The translations under genes and the position numbers were made by a program. The notes under the pieces were generated by a model, which worked only from the letters and a program-made list of their open reading frames with translations, was not told where the DNA came from and ran no database searches. From the IMG/VR virus record IMGVR_UViG_3300002092_001594, positions 32,001 through 96,000 of that record: DNA of 64,000 nt; one strand, 5' to 3'. Within the stretch, counting starts at the first letter, position 1, and each line of letters begins with the position of its first letter. Shown here one piece after another: positions 18,183-27,374 of this stretch. The stretch comes from a virus.

Positions 18183-18892
18183 TATTTACGTGGGTATCCT
18201 TTAGTAAATTCATAAAATTCTGATCTAGCTGAATCTTCGTTTAAAAAAGAGCCGCTTAACTTAGAGGTTTTCATACTAGCACCTTGATGCTTAACTCCTC
18301 TACAGCTTACACAGTTGTGAGTTGCTTCAATCATTACTGCTACACCGATATTATCAGTACAGATTTGATTTACTGCATTATGAATAGCTACAGTTAATTG
18401 CTCTTGAATTGCACCTCTTCTACTAAAATGCTCTACTATACGATTTAATTTACTTAAACCTACTACTCTACCTTCTAAAGTAGGAATATAAGCAATATGG
18501 CATAAACCGTTAATAGTCTGATGATGATGAGAGCACATACTCGTGATAGGAATACCTCCTTCAAATACTACTCCGTCATAACCGTCAGAAGGAAACGAAG
18601 TAACAGAACTTAAATGTTCATATCTACCTTTCCATAAATCGTTTACGTATGCTTTAGCTACTCTCATTGGAGTATTAGAACTATTAGGATCATTTTCCCA
18701 ATCTACACCTAATGCAGTTAAAAAGGCTCCGTAGTGTCTAGCTGCTTCTACGGTAATTTCGTACTTATCAGTCTGGCTTAAACCAGGCTTACCGTTTTTG
18801 ATTGCTTCCTCTAATTGTAAGCTAATACCATTAGCACAGCCTGCTTTAGCTAATTCTAAATCGTCAATGTTTATATTTTTATCTCTTGTCAT
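18182..18892 (-). CDS. folE: GTP cyclohydrolase I
   Basis: TPMRVAK, SMCSHH, GLSKLNRIV, IQEQLT, HNCVSCRG. Confidence 0.96.
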   Translation of the reverse strand: MTRDKNINIDDLELAKAGCANGISLQLEEAIKNGKPGLSQTDKYEITVEAARHYGAFLTALGVDWENDPNSSNTPMRVAKAYVNDLWKGRYEHLSSVTSFPSDGYDGVVFEGGIPITSMCSHHHQTINGLCHIAYIPTLEGRVVGLSKLNRIVEHFSRRGAIQEQLTVAIHNAVNQICTDNIGVAVMIEATHNCVSCRGVKHQGASMKTSKLSGSFLNEDSARSEFYEFTKGYPRK

Positions 18893-18900
18893 ATTCTATA

Positions 18901-19410
18901 TTATAAGTATTTTGAAATCTGCTCTAAACGCTCTTCTACCGTACCTGTTAAAGTTACGACTTTTTCTGCAGGGATATACTCTGCTATAAACTTTTGTATA
19001 ATTCCGTCAATCTTAATCTGTAACTCAGCACTTAATCTATCTGGATCATCTACAAAGTCAAACTCGATAGGAATATAAAAGAAGTATTCTACTTGATCTT
19101 TAGTCTTTTCAAATAACTCTCTAATCTCGTCAATATTAACATTAGGAGTTAAGATTCGTGAATAGATAATACAATCTACTAAACTACGAGTACTAATTAC
19201 ATTTTTATGAGTTAAGTAGTTTTGATAAGCCCAAGCAGATAGCTCGTTAATTGCATACTGCTTCTCGTCGTTAGATAACTCTAACATTTTACCAATTTTA
19301 ATTACAGGACGAGAAAACCCGTCGGTAACATAATAATCAGGAAAACTGGTAGATACCTCTTTTAATAAGGTAGTTTTACCAGTTCCGTGCGATCCTATTA
19401 ATATCTTCAT
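18901..19410 (-). CDS. P-loop nucleotide kinase-like protein (AAA_28/NadR-like)
   Basis: N-terminal GSHGTGKTT, RSLVDCIIY, DDPDR. Confidence 0.8.
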   Translation of the reverse strand: MKILIGSHGTGKTTLLKEVSTSFPDYYVTDGFSRPVIKIGKMLELSNDEKQYAINELSAWAYQNYLTHKNVISTRSLVDCIIYSRILTPNVNIDEIRELFEKTKDQVEYFFYIPIEFDFVDDPDRLSAELQIKIDGIIQKFIAEYIPAEKVVTLTGTVEERLEQISKYL

Positions 19411-19423
19411 AAGTATCTTTTAG

Positions 19424-19454
19424 TAAAAATAGCTACTTTTTATCGAACTTCCAA
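19424..19454 (-). promoter_or_regulatory. Bacteroidota-type sigma70 promoter
   Basis: TTG-N20-TATTTTTA. Confidence 0.6.
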
Positions 19455-20002
19455 ATATTAGTAAAGAAATGTACCCAGGAATTTAAGGAAGTCTCTCGAA
19501 GTATAGCATAAGCTTCGTCTATAGTATTTGCTCTATTTACAACTTGATAAGCGGATACAACCTCGCCAGCATCTAATTCCGGAATCACCTTATGCACTAC
19601 TGATCCGCAGTAAGGATACTTTTCTTGATTTCCGGCAACGTCTTCTTGCTTGTTAAATCCTTTTAATTCCGGGTACATAGTAATTAAAGCCGGATGTCCA
19701 TTATAGGCAGCTCCTTCTAAGTACGGAAAAAGCTCTGCTGGAAGTATTCTTAAATATCCATGTAAGGTAATTAGTTCTTTTAAGTTAATTCTTGTACGTA
19801 AGTAGTCTACTATAGAAGGTCTACGAGGTATAGTATGTATCTCTACGTTATTTTCCCCAAAGATCTCCATGTTTCTCGGTGATATCTTTGTAATGTTATT
19901 AGTTACTACTAAACTAGGGAGAATCCTAAGCTTTTCACTAATAGCTACTACTTCAGAACCTGTCTGAGATATTAATACCCCCCAGCCGTTTAATACTTTC
20001 AT
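19433..20002 (-). CDS. PurN-like formyltransferase, probable preQ1 formyltransferase (DpdN-like)
   Basis: ISQTGS, GYLRIL, NGHPAL, GSVVHKV..ELDAG; translationally coupled to queF. Confidence 0.8.
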   Translation of the reverse strand: MKVLNGWGVLISQTGSEVVAISEKLRILPSLVVTNNITKISPRNMEIFGENNVEIHTIPRRPSIVDYLRTRINLKELITLHGYLRILPAELFPYLEGAAYNGHPALITMYPELKGFNKQEDVAGNQEKYPYCGSVVHKVIPELDAGEVVSAYQVVNRANTIDEAYAILRETSLNSWVHFFTNIWKFDKK

Positions 20003-20919
20003 TACTGTCCCATTGCTTTTCTTGTATAGTAACCTGTATCGATTAATGCACGTGGAATTAATTCCTCTCTAGTTGCACGAACAGGATTGATATCTAATGA
20101 ACCGCGTCTTGCATATAATAACATTACTACGCAATCTTTAACTTCAGGATGCTTTGTAATAGCTGTAAATAACTTCTCACTGCAGAACTCATGGAACTCG
20201 TTTACTTCACGTAATGCAATTACTTCTTTTAATAAACCTTCTAAATCCACTCTGCCTTTTCTAGTAGTAATATGGAAGTAAGCAGCGCCTGTATCTTTTT
20301 GCTTTGTATGTCTACATCTTGATCTTAAGATACCAGTCATTACAGATACGTCATCAGATGTTTCGGCAGGAATAATATTAAAATGACTCTCTTTACCAGA
20401 GTAATCTGTAATCTCTAATTCTTCTAATTTCTTATTTCCTAATAAGCGAAACAGATCGTAGTATCCATCTCCTGGATCACCTTCAAATAATACTTGTTCA
20501 CCCTCTCTAAAGAATGATACTTCTACCTCTTTACCAATACACTCGCTAATATCTTTCTTTACTTGATTCTCATAATTTTCAATAGCATCATGAATCTTAT
20601 CGCCCATCTTACACATATCAAATGTATTGAGGTATAATTTAAATGATTTAGACTCTACCATAAATTCTGAATCAGCAGGGCATATTATTTTTAACGTACC
20701 TGCGATAGGTAATCCATTATCTAATAAAAAGGTTGCTTCATGACAATGCCACGTATCGTAGCCTACAAATTCATCTCCTTTAATATTCCAATCACCACGA
20801 GCTAATGCTCTTGGCATAGGATTTAATTGGCTAGGATCAAAGGTGTCTGTATAGACTGCATATGAGTTAGCTGAACCTAAAGTTTTAGCAGCTACCTCTG
20901 ACATATTACTTGCTGACAT
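20002..20919 (-). CDS. queF: NADPH-dependent preQ0 reductase, bimodular QueF
   Basis: VESKSFKLYLNTF, RSRCRHTKQKD, FHEFC, YARRGSLDINP. Confidence 0.93.
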   Translation of the reverse strand: MSASNMSEVAAKTLGSANSYAVYTDTFDPSQLNPMPRALARGDWNIKGDEFVGYDTWHCHEATFLLDNGLPIAGTLKIICPADSEFMVESKSFKLYLNTFDMCKMGDKIHDAIENYENQVKKDISECIGKEVEVSFFREGEQVLFEGDPGDGYYDLFRLLGNKKLEELEITDYSGKESHFNIIPAETSDDVSVMTGILRSRCRHTKQKDTGAAYFHITTRKGRVDLEGLLKEVIALREVNEFHEFCSEKLFTAITKHPEVKDCVVMLLYARRGSLDINPVRATREELIPRALIDTGYYTRKAMGQ

Positions 20920-21688
20920 AATTGCGGAATGTTTTTATATTTTTAAAAATAAGATCTGTCTGTTCTTTTGTTAACTCAATATCTAAATTATCTGCTAATT
21001 TAGCTTTTGGTTTAGGTTGAATTAAACCATGAGGACCTAATTCATTACCTGCCCAACCGTTAATAACAGGTGAGCTAGTATCTAATGAGTATACTAATCC
21101 TCTGAGAGCAATATGAAGACTATTAATTAAAATAAACTCTACTGGATTTTGACAGCCTAATAAATGAAACTTAGGTAATCCAATCCCCATATTGAATCTA
21201 TTCTCATACCACCAATTTAAGAATCTAAATCTTACTGTTACATAATCTGATTTTTCAATTAAATCGAAAGGTAATGCAATAATATCTACTCTCTCAGTTA
21301 AGTAGTAATCTATACAATCAGCAATTTCTTCAAAAGTATCGCCTTGACATACACCAATATATTTTTGTCCTTCTACTTTAAAGTTTGCTAAATACTCTTT
21401 TGCATTATCTAAAGTTTGCTTATGGTTATTAACTACATCAGGAAGTACGAGATGGGTAGGTTTATATTCCTTACCCAACTCATAAAGTTCTTCCATTGGT
21501 ATAGATCTGCCTAATTCAAATGCTGAATTATCTAATATAGAGTAATCGGCTGCTTTAAGCTTTTCTTTATAAAAGTCAGCATATTCTGTATCCAGGCTTA
21601 ATAAATGACCTAGTACATAAGGGTAATCGCTTACCTCATCATGACGGTCAAATAAAGCTTTCGGTATTTCGTGTGAAATTAAAGGCAT
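20906..21688 (-). CDS. TGT-like TIM-barrel protein, probable DpdA-family 7-deazaguanine insertion/nucleotide-forming enzyme
   Basis: ILDNSAFE, LVLPD, GVCQG, FHLLG, SLDTSSP match the TGT/DpdA motif order; lies between queC and queF. Confidence 0.7.
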   Translation of the reverse strand: MPLISHEIPKALFDRHDEVSDYPYVLGHLLSLDTEYADFYKEKLKAADYSILDNSAFELGRSIPMEELYELGKEYKPTHLVLPDVVNNHKQTLDNAKEYLANFKVEGQKYIGVCQGDTFEEIADCIDYYLTERVDIIALPFDLIEKSDYVTVRFRFLNWWYENRFNMGIGLPKFHLLGCQNPVEFILINSLHIALRGLVYSLDTSSPVINGWAGNELGPHGLIQPKPKAKLADNLDIELTKEQTDLIFKNIKTFRNYVSK

Positions 21689-21691
21689 AAT

Positions 21692-22597
21692 TTATTTTTT
21701 ATATTCTGATAATACTTTTTCTACTGCTTCTTTAGCTACTTCCCATGTTACTGGTCCTGTTTCGTCAGCATATGCTACAGGATCAGGACGTCCTAATTTA
21801 ATGAATGCTTCAATACGCTCTACTGATGCTGCTGATTTGTAATCAGAATACCACTTTCCTACGAGTTCTACTTCTGAGCTAAATAACCCACTGCTTAAAT
21901 CTCCCTCCCACGACTGAATAAAAATTGGTTTATAAGATGTATTTGTACGCTTATATACTTCATCAAAATCAAGACCTAACGCCTCACATGCTCTTAAACC
22001 GTCTTCTAATATCTCAAATTTATTTACTTCTAAGTAAGGAGTATAAACTGATACTAAGTCAGTATCCCAGTTACCTATTTTAAATGCTTCGAAATCAGCA
22101 TCTCTAAATTCTTGACGACAGTCAGGATAGATAGCATGATCACCTGCGTGAATACCCATTGCAATAGCTATAGGCTGTCCTACAGTACAATCATCTCCAA
22201 TATTATTAGTAGCAATCGATAATGCTGCTGCTTGAATTAAAGATGAAAATATTTTATTACGATTAGGTACAACAGTTGCTTTCATATTGTCTTGCTCGTA
22301 ATGTCCTTCTGGTACATCTGCACCACCTGTTACTAGAGTTGAGTTTAATAATTGCTGTAACCCGTCTAATTTAATAACTTGATACTTTACTTTGTGATAT
22401 GTTATATTTTCTGCTTCCGAATCATAACCATTGTTAATGTACTCAACTAATGATTTAGCACGCTCTAATTCTACTTTGTGCTTTTGACCGTAATCAAAAC
22501 CTAATGCTGTTACTTCATAGCCATTAGCTAATAGGTGTAACAAAAGAGAGGAAGAATCCATCCCACCTGATAATGATAAAACTGCTTGTTTTTTCAT
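21692..22597 (-). CDS. queC: 7-cyano-7-deazaguanine synthase
   Basis: SLSGGMDSS, FDYGQKH, VVPNRN, YPDCR. Confidence 0.96.
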   Translation of the reverse strand: MKKQAVLSLSGGMDSSSLLLHLLANGYEVTALGFDYGQKHKVELERAKSLVEYINNGYDSEAENITYHKVKYQVIKLDGLQQLLNSTLVTGGADVPEGHYEQDNMKATVVPNRNKIFSSLIQAAALSIATNNIGDDCTVGQPIAIAMGIHAGDHAIYPDCRQEFRDADFEAFKIGNWDTDLVSVYTPYLEVNKFEILEDGLRACEALGLDFDEVYKRTNTSYKPIFIQSWEGDLSSGLFSSEVELVGKWYSDYKSAASVERIEAFIKLGRPDPVAYADETGPVTWEVAKEAVEKVLSEYKK

Positions 22598-22658
22598 GTT
22601 TAAAAATTGTTAAATTTAGAGCGTATTATTTTGTAGATCGATTAGCTCTATAACCGAA

Positions 22659-22865
22659 TTATTTTTTATCTTCTTTACCGTTAAGGTCTTTTTGTAAAGA
22701 AAGTATTTGGCTTGTTATATTACCGACTAAAGTACCTAGCTGTGCCCAAATATCATCGCACTCTTTTTCTAGCTTCTTAATAAGTCTAAACTGGTAAATC
22801 TGTAATCCTGCAAGTATTATTATAATACCTAAATACAAGTGTTCTTGTGTAAGTGTAACTGTCAT
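22659..22865 (-). CDS. small membrane-anchored coiled-coil protein
   Basis: N-terminal TM followed by heptad pattern. Confidence 0.65.
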   Translation of the reverse strand: MTVTLTQEHLYLGIIIILAGLQIYQFRLIKKLEKECDDIWAQLGTLVGNITSQILSLQKDLNGKEDKK

Positions 22866-22869
22866 TAAG

Positions 22870-22900
22870 TAAAGGTATTATTTTTTATTCGTTTCAACAA
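22870..22900 (-). promoter_or_regulatory. Bacteroidota-type sigma70 promoter
   Basis: TTG-N20-TACCTTTA. Confidence 0.65.
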
Positions 22901-23135
22901 CTTCATTTACAAAATTAGTAAATTCTTTTGTACCTGGAAATCCAATAAAGTTAGGGTTATCCATTACTCTCTGTAATGCTTTAATAGTTAGATCTTTATT
23001 CTTAGTATCAACAAGTAAAGGTTCTAAAATATACTCTTCTGTCGAACCGTTTTTACGGTTTAAGTAGAATAGAGTACCTGCTGCTGCACCTAAGGCTTGG
23101 TAATACTCCTCTGCGGTAGTACTCATATTATACAT
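22878..23135 (-). CDS. hypothetical protein
   Basis: 85-aa ORF in operon. Confidence 0.65.
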   Translation of the reverse strand: MYNMSTTAEEYYQALGAAAGTLFYLNRKNGSTEEYILEPLLVDTKNKDLTIKALQRVMDNPNFIGFPGTKEFTNFVNEVVETNKK

Positions 23136-23967
23136 TTAAAGTTTTATTCCAAGCTGCAATATGCAATCTAGTTAAACCGCGGAAACGATATTTCTTAGCC
23201 ATCTCCATTACAAATCGAGTTCTCTCTTCAAAGTTAGCAGCATCATCTAAACCCGGCATACAGACTACGTTCTTTAAAGGTATATTAAACGGTTCTACAA
23301 AATCTCTAAAGATCTCTTTAACATCGTCTTCACTACTAATAACAAACTTAAATTGATAGTTCTTATGTTGTTTAATACGTTCAATTGCTTCTGGTACAAT
23401 ACGCTGTTTCTCAGTCATACCTGAATTAGATAATTTAGGTGAACAGTTAATTTGATCTAACATATTAAATAACTTAACATCTATTACTATAGTACCGTTA
23501 GTTTCTATTTCATAAAATGGATAAACATCATTTCTATCAAGATATCTTGACATCCAATGATTGGTAAAGTTAACAATTGCTTCTTGATGACCTTTAATTG
23601 TTGGCTCACCACCAGTCCAAATAATATGAACTAAACCGTTTTTAATATCTTCATATACACCTTCTCCTTTCCAACGATTAATTAAATAATCAAATTCTTT
23701 ATCTTCACCTCTCCATAACCACTGAGATGTAGAATCACAAGTCCATGTTGCTTTACCTTCTTTAACTAAATCACCTTCGAATATTTCTCCGTCTTCTAAC
23801 TTTTGTTCTTTTTCTAATTGATTAGTAAATGCTCTACTCATACCACACGTTAAGTTACAAATACCTAAACGAACGAAGTATGCTGGAATACCAGATGAAA
23901 TTCCTTCACCTTGTACTGTATAGAAGTCACTCGAGATAAGTAACTTATTTGGATCTATCTTACTCAT
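23128..23967 (-). CDS. queE: 7-carboxy-7-deazaguanine synthase (radical SAM)
   Basis: FYTVQGEG, FVRLGICNLTC...WTCDS (CxxxC with long insert before the third Cys), TGGEP, IETNG, CSPKL, RLH. Confidence 0.93.
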   Translation of the reverse strand: MSKIDPNKLLISSDFYTVQGEGISSGIPAYFVRLGICNLTCGMSRAFTNQLEKEQKLEDGEIFEGDLVKEGKATWTCDSTSQWLWRGEDKEFDYLINRWKGEGVYEDIKNGLVHIIWTGGEPTIKGHQEAIVNFTNHWMSRYLDRNDVYPFYEIETNGTIVIDVKLFNMLDQINCSPKLSNSGMTEKQRIVPEAIERIKQHKNYQFKFVISSEDDVKEIFRDFVEPFNIPLKNVVCMPGLDDAANFEERTRFVMEMAKKYRFRGLTRLHIAAWNKTLNV

Positions 23968-24182
23968 TACTTTTTACGTTTTAATTGTCTTTCTGAAATA
24001 GTTTCAGTTACTGGCTCTTGCATTTCTACTACAGTTTTTACTGTTACTCTTTTAGTAGCTACTTTCCATTCAGACTTCGGAATAAAGCCCCATTCTCTAG
24101 TAGCTTGATCAGCTTTTTCATTTGTTACTCGAATTATTTCTCCGGTCTTAGAACTCTTTAAACATTTCATAGTTTCCTCCAT
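23967..24182 (-). CDS. hypothetical protein
   Basis: 71-aa basic ORF coupled to queE. Confidence 0.65.
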   Translation of the reverse strand: MEETMKCLKSSKTGEIIRVTNEKADQATREWGFIPKSEWKVATKRVTVKTVVEMQEPVTETISERQLKRKK

Positions 24183-24199
24183 GTTTTATTGTGATTAAA

Positions 24200-24484
24200 T
24201 TATTTTTTATCTACATAGTGATGTAGCTTCTTTCTTAACCTATCAATTCGTATTTGACAGTACCACTTTCCCATATTACTGGATGCATTAGCATACCTTT
24301 CTTGCCAGTACTTAATAGCTTTATTAGTTTTAGCATTAGCTTCTTCCAGGTAGTCAATATCCCAGTAGCTATTATTTTCAAGTATTTCTTCATCAGTAGG
24401 AATATAAGGATTTTCTTCTCTATACTCTTCGATAAGCATTTTACGTCGAGACTTTTCTTGGTTCTTTTTAAATTTCTTATCCAT
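24200..24484 (-). CDS. hypothetical protein
   Basis: 94-aa ORF coupled to queD. Confidence 0.65.
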   Translation of the reverse strand: MDKKFKKNQEKSRRKMLIEEYREENPYIPTDEEILENNSYWDIDYLEEANAKTNKAIKYWQERYANASSNMGKWYCQIRIDRLRKKLHHYVDKK

Positions 24485-24951
24485 TAGCCTATATAAATTG
24501 CTGAATTTCTTTTATTCTCAAAGAATTCTACTTTTAAAACCTTAACGCGCCCTTTCGTTTCTTCTTGTACGAAGGTGTTAATTTTACCGTAGATATACTT
24601 TGCAAATTGTTCTGCACCTACTGGACCTTCAAGTATCCTCAACTGAACTACTTCTTTCTTGTCTAGTTCTTTAAAGATCTCTAATTCAGGATCGTCTGGT
24701 GCTAATACTGTAGTATGGTCGAACATGAAGTCCATCCATGCTTTTGGATTCATACCATCGATATTACCTTTAGCTCTTTTCATACCGCCAAAGTCCCATA
24801 CCCAGTTTCTATGATCTAACTCTCCTTCAAAAGTTACTCTAAACTCGATATCGTAGCCATGTAAAAATCTACAATGCGTTCCTTCTGCAGCCCATTGACG
24901 AAAGACGGTGCTAAAGCCGTCGTATAATTTTGTTGATTGAAATGTACTCAT
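24484..24951 (-). CDS. queD: 6-carboxy-tetrahydropterin synthase
   Basis: HCRFLHGY, WVWDFG, FDHT, GAEQFA, FENKRNSA. Confidence 0.92.
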   Translation of the reverse strand: MSTFQSTKLYDGFSTVFRQWAAEGTHCRFLHGYDIEFRVTFEGELDHRNWVWDFGGMKRAKGNIDGMNPKAWMDFMFDHTTVLAPDDPELEIFKELDKKEVVQLRILEGPVGAEQFAKYIYGKINTFVQEETKGRVKVLKVEFFENKRNSAIYIG

Positions 24952-24964
24952 AACTGTATTTTTA

Positions 24965-24995
24965 TAAAATTAAGTATTTTCTCTCAGATGACCAA
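24965..24995 (-). promoter_or_regulatory. Bacteroidota-type sigma70 promoter for queD operon
   Basis: TTG-N20-TAATTTTA. Confidence 0.65.
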
Positions 24996-25182
24996 ATTTT
25001 TCATCAAGTATTTGGTTTCCTCTTTTTGCTTTAGGAGTATATGGACAATGCCTACATCCATTCCCGCAACATTGACCTCTTTGATAGAGGAAGAGAGGTG
25101 TGAAAATTACACGCTCTTCCTCTAAGTAATAGTGTAGTACTTCTTGTGTACCTATGTTTCTAAAATGGTTATCTTCCCCCAT
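24970..25182 (-). CDS. small Cys-rich protein (DUF5522-like)
   Basis: RGQCCGNGCRHCPY. Confidence 0.75.
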   Translation of the reverse strand: MGEDNHFRNIGTQEVLHYYLEEERVIFTPLFLYQRGQCCGNGCRHCPYTPKAKRGNQILDEKFGHLRENT

Positions 25183-25186
25183 AAAT

Positions 25187-27043
25187 TTATACTATTTCAC
25201 AAGCACCACCTGCGCAAGCAGCTTCTCCCATTAAGTTAGTATTGTCGTTAAACTCTACTACTTTAGATAAATCTACATTATGTAAATGTTGAATCATCTC
25301 TTCGTACTTCTCTTCCGTACAGTCCTCAAAAGGTGCTTGAATATAAGTTCCACCGTTATAAGGTAATACTGATAATCCATTATAGAATTTTCTATTCTCC
25401 CACATCCATTTTCCTACTGCTTCCCATTCATCTTCTTTAATAGATACTGTAGCTGAAATATTGTGAGTATTTTGTCCTGATCTATGACCTGGTTTAATCC
25501 AGTTCTGATAGAAGAATTTAACTCTCTCTAATAACTCTAAAGCAGACTCGGTTCTAAAAATAGATCCTGCTGGTGCTTTTTGCGGTACTGAGATTACTGC
25601 AGTATCGTGAGGGCGGAAATATTCGTCTTCAATTAATTCTGGGTGATTAATAGCTAGGTGAGAGTAAATTGCTTCGTTCTTACCTACTCTAATTCTACGG
25701 ATGTAATAATCGTTATGCCAAGCGTGAATACCTGAAGAAGTACCTAAAGTTAAAGACGAAGTACCAGAAGGTTTAATTGTAGTACATCTAGCAGCTGCAT
25801 TTATACCTAATAATTTAGCAACTCTTTCGTTTTCTTCTTTAGTAATTTTAGCTGCTACTTTTAAATCTAATTTTTGAGCTGCACCAGAACCAATACCTGT
25901 CATACCAACGCCTATTAGACCATCTTTTTCAGTTGTTCTTTGCCATACTGGACGTAAGTAATGGAAGCTAGTATAAGATGCTTGTAGGGTACCAATAAAT
26001 GCAGCAGCTTTAACTCTTGCATTTAAATCATCTTGATCTACGACATCAGAAACATTTACTTCACATAAGTTACAAAACTGGAAAGGACGTAAAGCAATTT
26101 CACAACAAGGATTAGTTCCCCAATCTTTATCGTTAGATAAGTAAACGCCAGGTTCCCCAGCACCACTTGCCTTAATTTTGTCCCACAAGCCGAAGAAAAA
26201 CTCTTCAGTTACTTTATTTCTTAGTAATACTGCTGAATTATTAGCTCTTCCGCGTTGTGGGTTAAGTTCCCACCATGCGCCTGACTTAGCTGAAATCATA
26301 TCATCGTCATCCGCACTAAAGAGGCTGATTAAAGCTGCTCTTCTAATACCGCCTGTTAATACTGCATCTGCAATATGGCAAACTATATCGTGTACTTCAA
26401 TAGAAGCTAATTTGTCGTTGTTTTCTTTGCTATCTAAAATACCTTGTATCTTAATTAAACATTCTTTTAATGGTTGAGGTCCAGGTGCTTTACCGCCTGT
26501 AGTAATTAAAGCAGCTCCCTTAGCTCTAATATCTGAAAAGTCAAATGCTGGAGATGATCCACCTTCAAAATAAGATCTAACTAACACCTTTACTGCGTCA
26601 GCCCATCCTTCAATAGAATCGCCAATTAAAAAACGTCTAGTTTTCTTTGGATCTGGTTTTCTAATTTCAGGTAATTGCTCAACGTGATGCTTCTGTACTG
26701 AATAACCAACCCCAGTACCGCCTAATAATAAGAACATCGTTTCTCCAAAGGCTCTCCAATCATCAATTGGAAGATAAGCGCAGTTGTAGATACGGTTAGG
26801 ACTGATTTCGATGGGTTTACCTGCAAATTGCATAGAGCGCATTGAAGGTAATGCTTTTCTCTCATAAACATACTGATAAGCATTCTCAATCTCTTCTTGT
26901 AACTTCGGAAATTTCTTTAAGTGCATTGCTTTATTTCTATCTACTAACTCTTTCCATGTCTCCCTTCTCTGTACTTCGGGATTAAATTTGGCATATTTCA
27001 TATATACCGTAATGTCACTTAAAATGCTCTGTGAAATGTCCAT
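25187..27043 (-). CDS. nrdJ: class II (adenosylcobalamin-dependent) ribonucleotide reductase
   Basis: YNCAY, TNPCCEI, CNLCEV, TIKPSGT, C-terminal ACAGGACE; no beta subunit adjacent. Confidence 0.93.
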   Translation of the reverse strand: MDISQSILSDITVYMKYAKFNPEVQRRETWKELVDRNKAMHLKKFPKLQEEIENAYQYVYERKALPSMRSMQFAGKPIEISPNRIYNCAYLPIDDWRAFGETMFLLLGGTGVGYSVQKHHVEQLPEIRKPDPKKTRRFLIGDSIEGWADAVKVLVRSYFEGGSSPAFDFSDIRAKGAALITTGGKAPGPQPLKECLIKIQGILDSKENNDKLASIEVHDIVCHIADAVLTGGIRRAALISLFSADDDDMISAKSGAWWELNPQRGRANNSAVLLRNKVTEEFFFGLWDKIKASGAGEPGVYLSNDKDWGTNPCCEIALRPFQFCNLCEVNVSDVVDQDDLNARVKAAAFIGTLQASYTSFHYLRPVWQRTTEKDGLIGVGMTGIGSGAAQKLDLKVAAKITKEENERVAKLLGINAAARCTTIKPSGTSSLTLGTSSGIHAWHNDYYIRRIRVGKNEAIYSHLAINHPELIEDEYFRPHDTAVISVPQKAPAGSIFRTESALELLERVKFFYQNWIKPGHRSGQNTHNISATVSIKEDEWEAVGKWMWENRKFYNGLSVLPYNGGTYIQAPFEDCTEEKYEEMIQHLHNVDLSKVVEFNDNTNLMGEAACAGGACEIV

Positions 27044-27131
27044 TTTTTCGTCGTTTTTTATAATTTTAAAGATACGTTTTTCATTCGGGGTTTTAACACC
27101 ACCGTTAAGTCTATAACTTACTTAGTTAAAT

Positions 27132-27344
27132 TTACAGGTTTTTGTTTAGACCGTCTTGAAAGACTGTCTCAAGGTATGAGGTTCCAGCAGCAGGAGGTCT
27201 AAAAGTAGGATCTACCATATCTCTCTCTACCAAATCATTAGTGCCATTTTTCTCCATCTCAAATACAAACTCATTATAAGTTTCTTGATTTACAGGAGGT
27301 GCAAATGCTGTCTTTTTTTCGTTGTATAATGTAGTTAAACTCAT
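27132..27344 (-). CDS. hypothetical late protein
   Basis: 70-aa ORF preceded by TATTTAT at 27371-27365. Confidence 0.65.
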   Translation of the reverse strand: MSLTTLYNEKKTAFAPPVNQETYNEFVFEMEKNGTNDLVERDMVDPTFRPPAAGTSYLETVFQDGLNKNL

Positions 27345-27374
27345 ATAAAATACCTTTTGTAGTAATAAATAGCG

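Noticed and set aside
19433-20002. PurN of de novo purine synthesis
   Set aside because: No other pur genes are present, and it is translationally coupled to queF within the deazaguanine cluster
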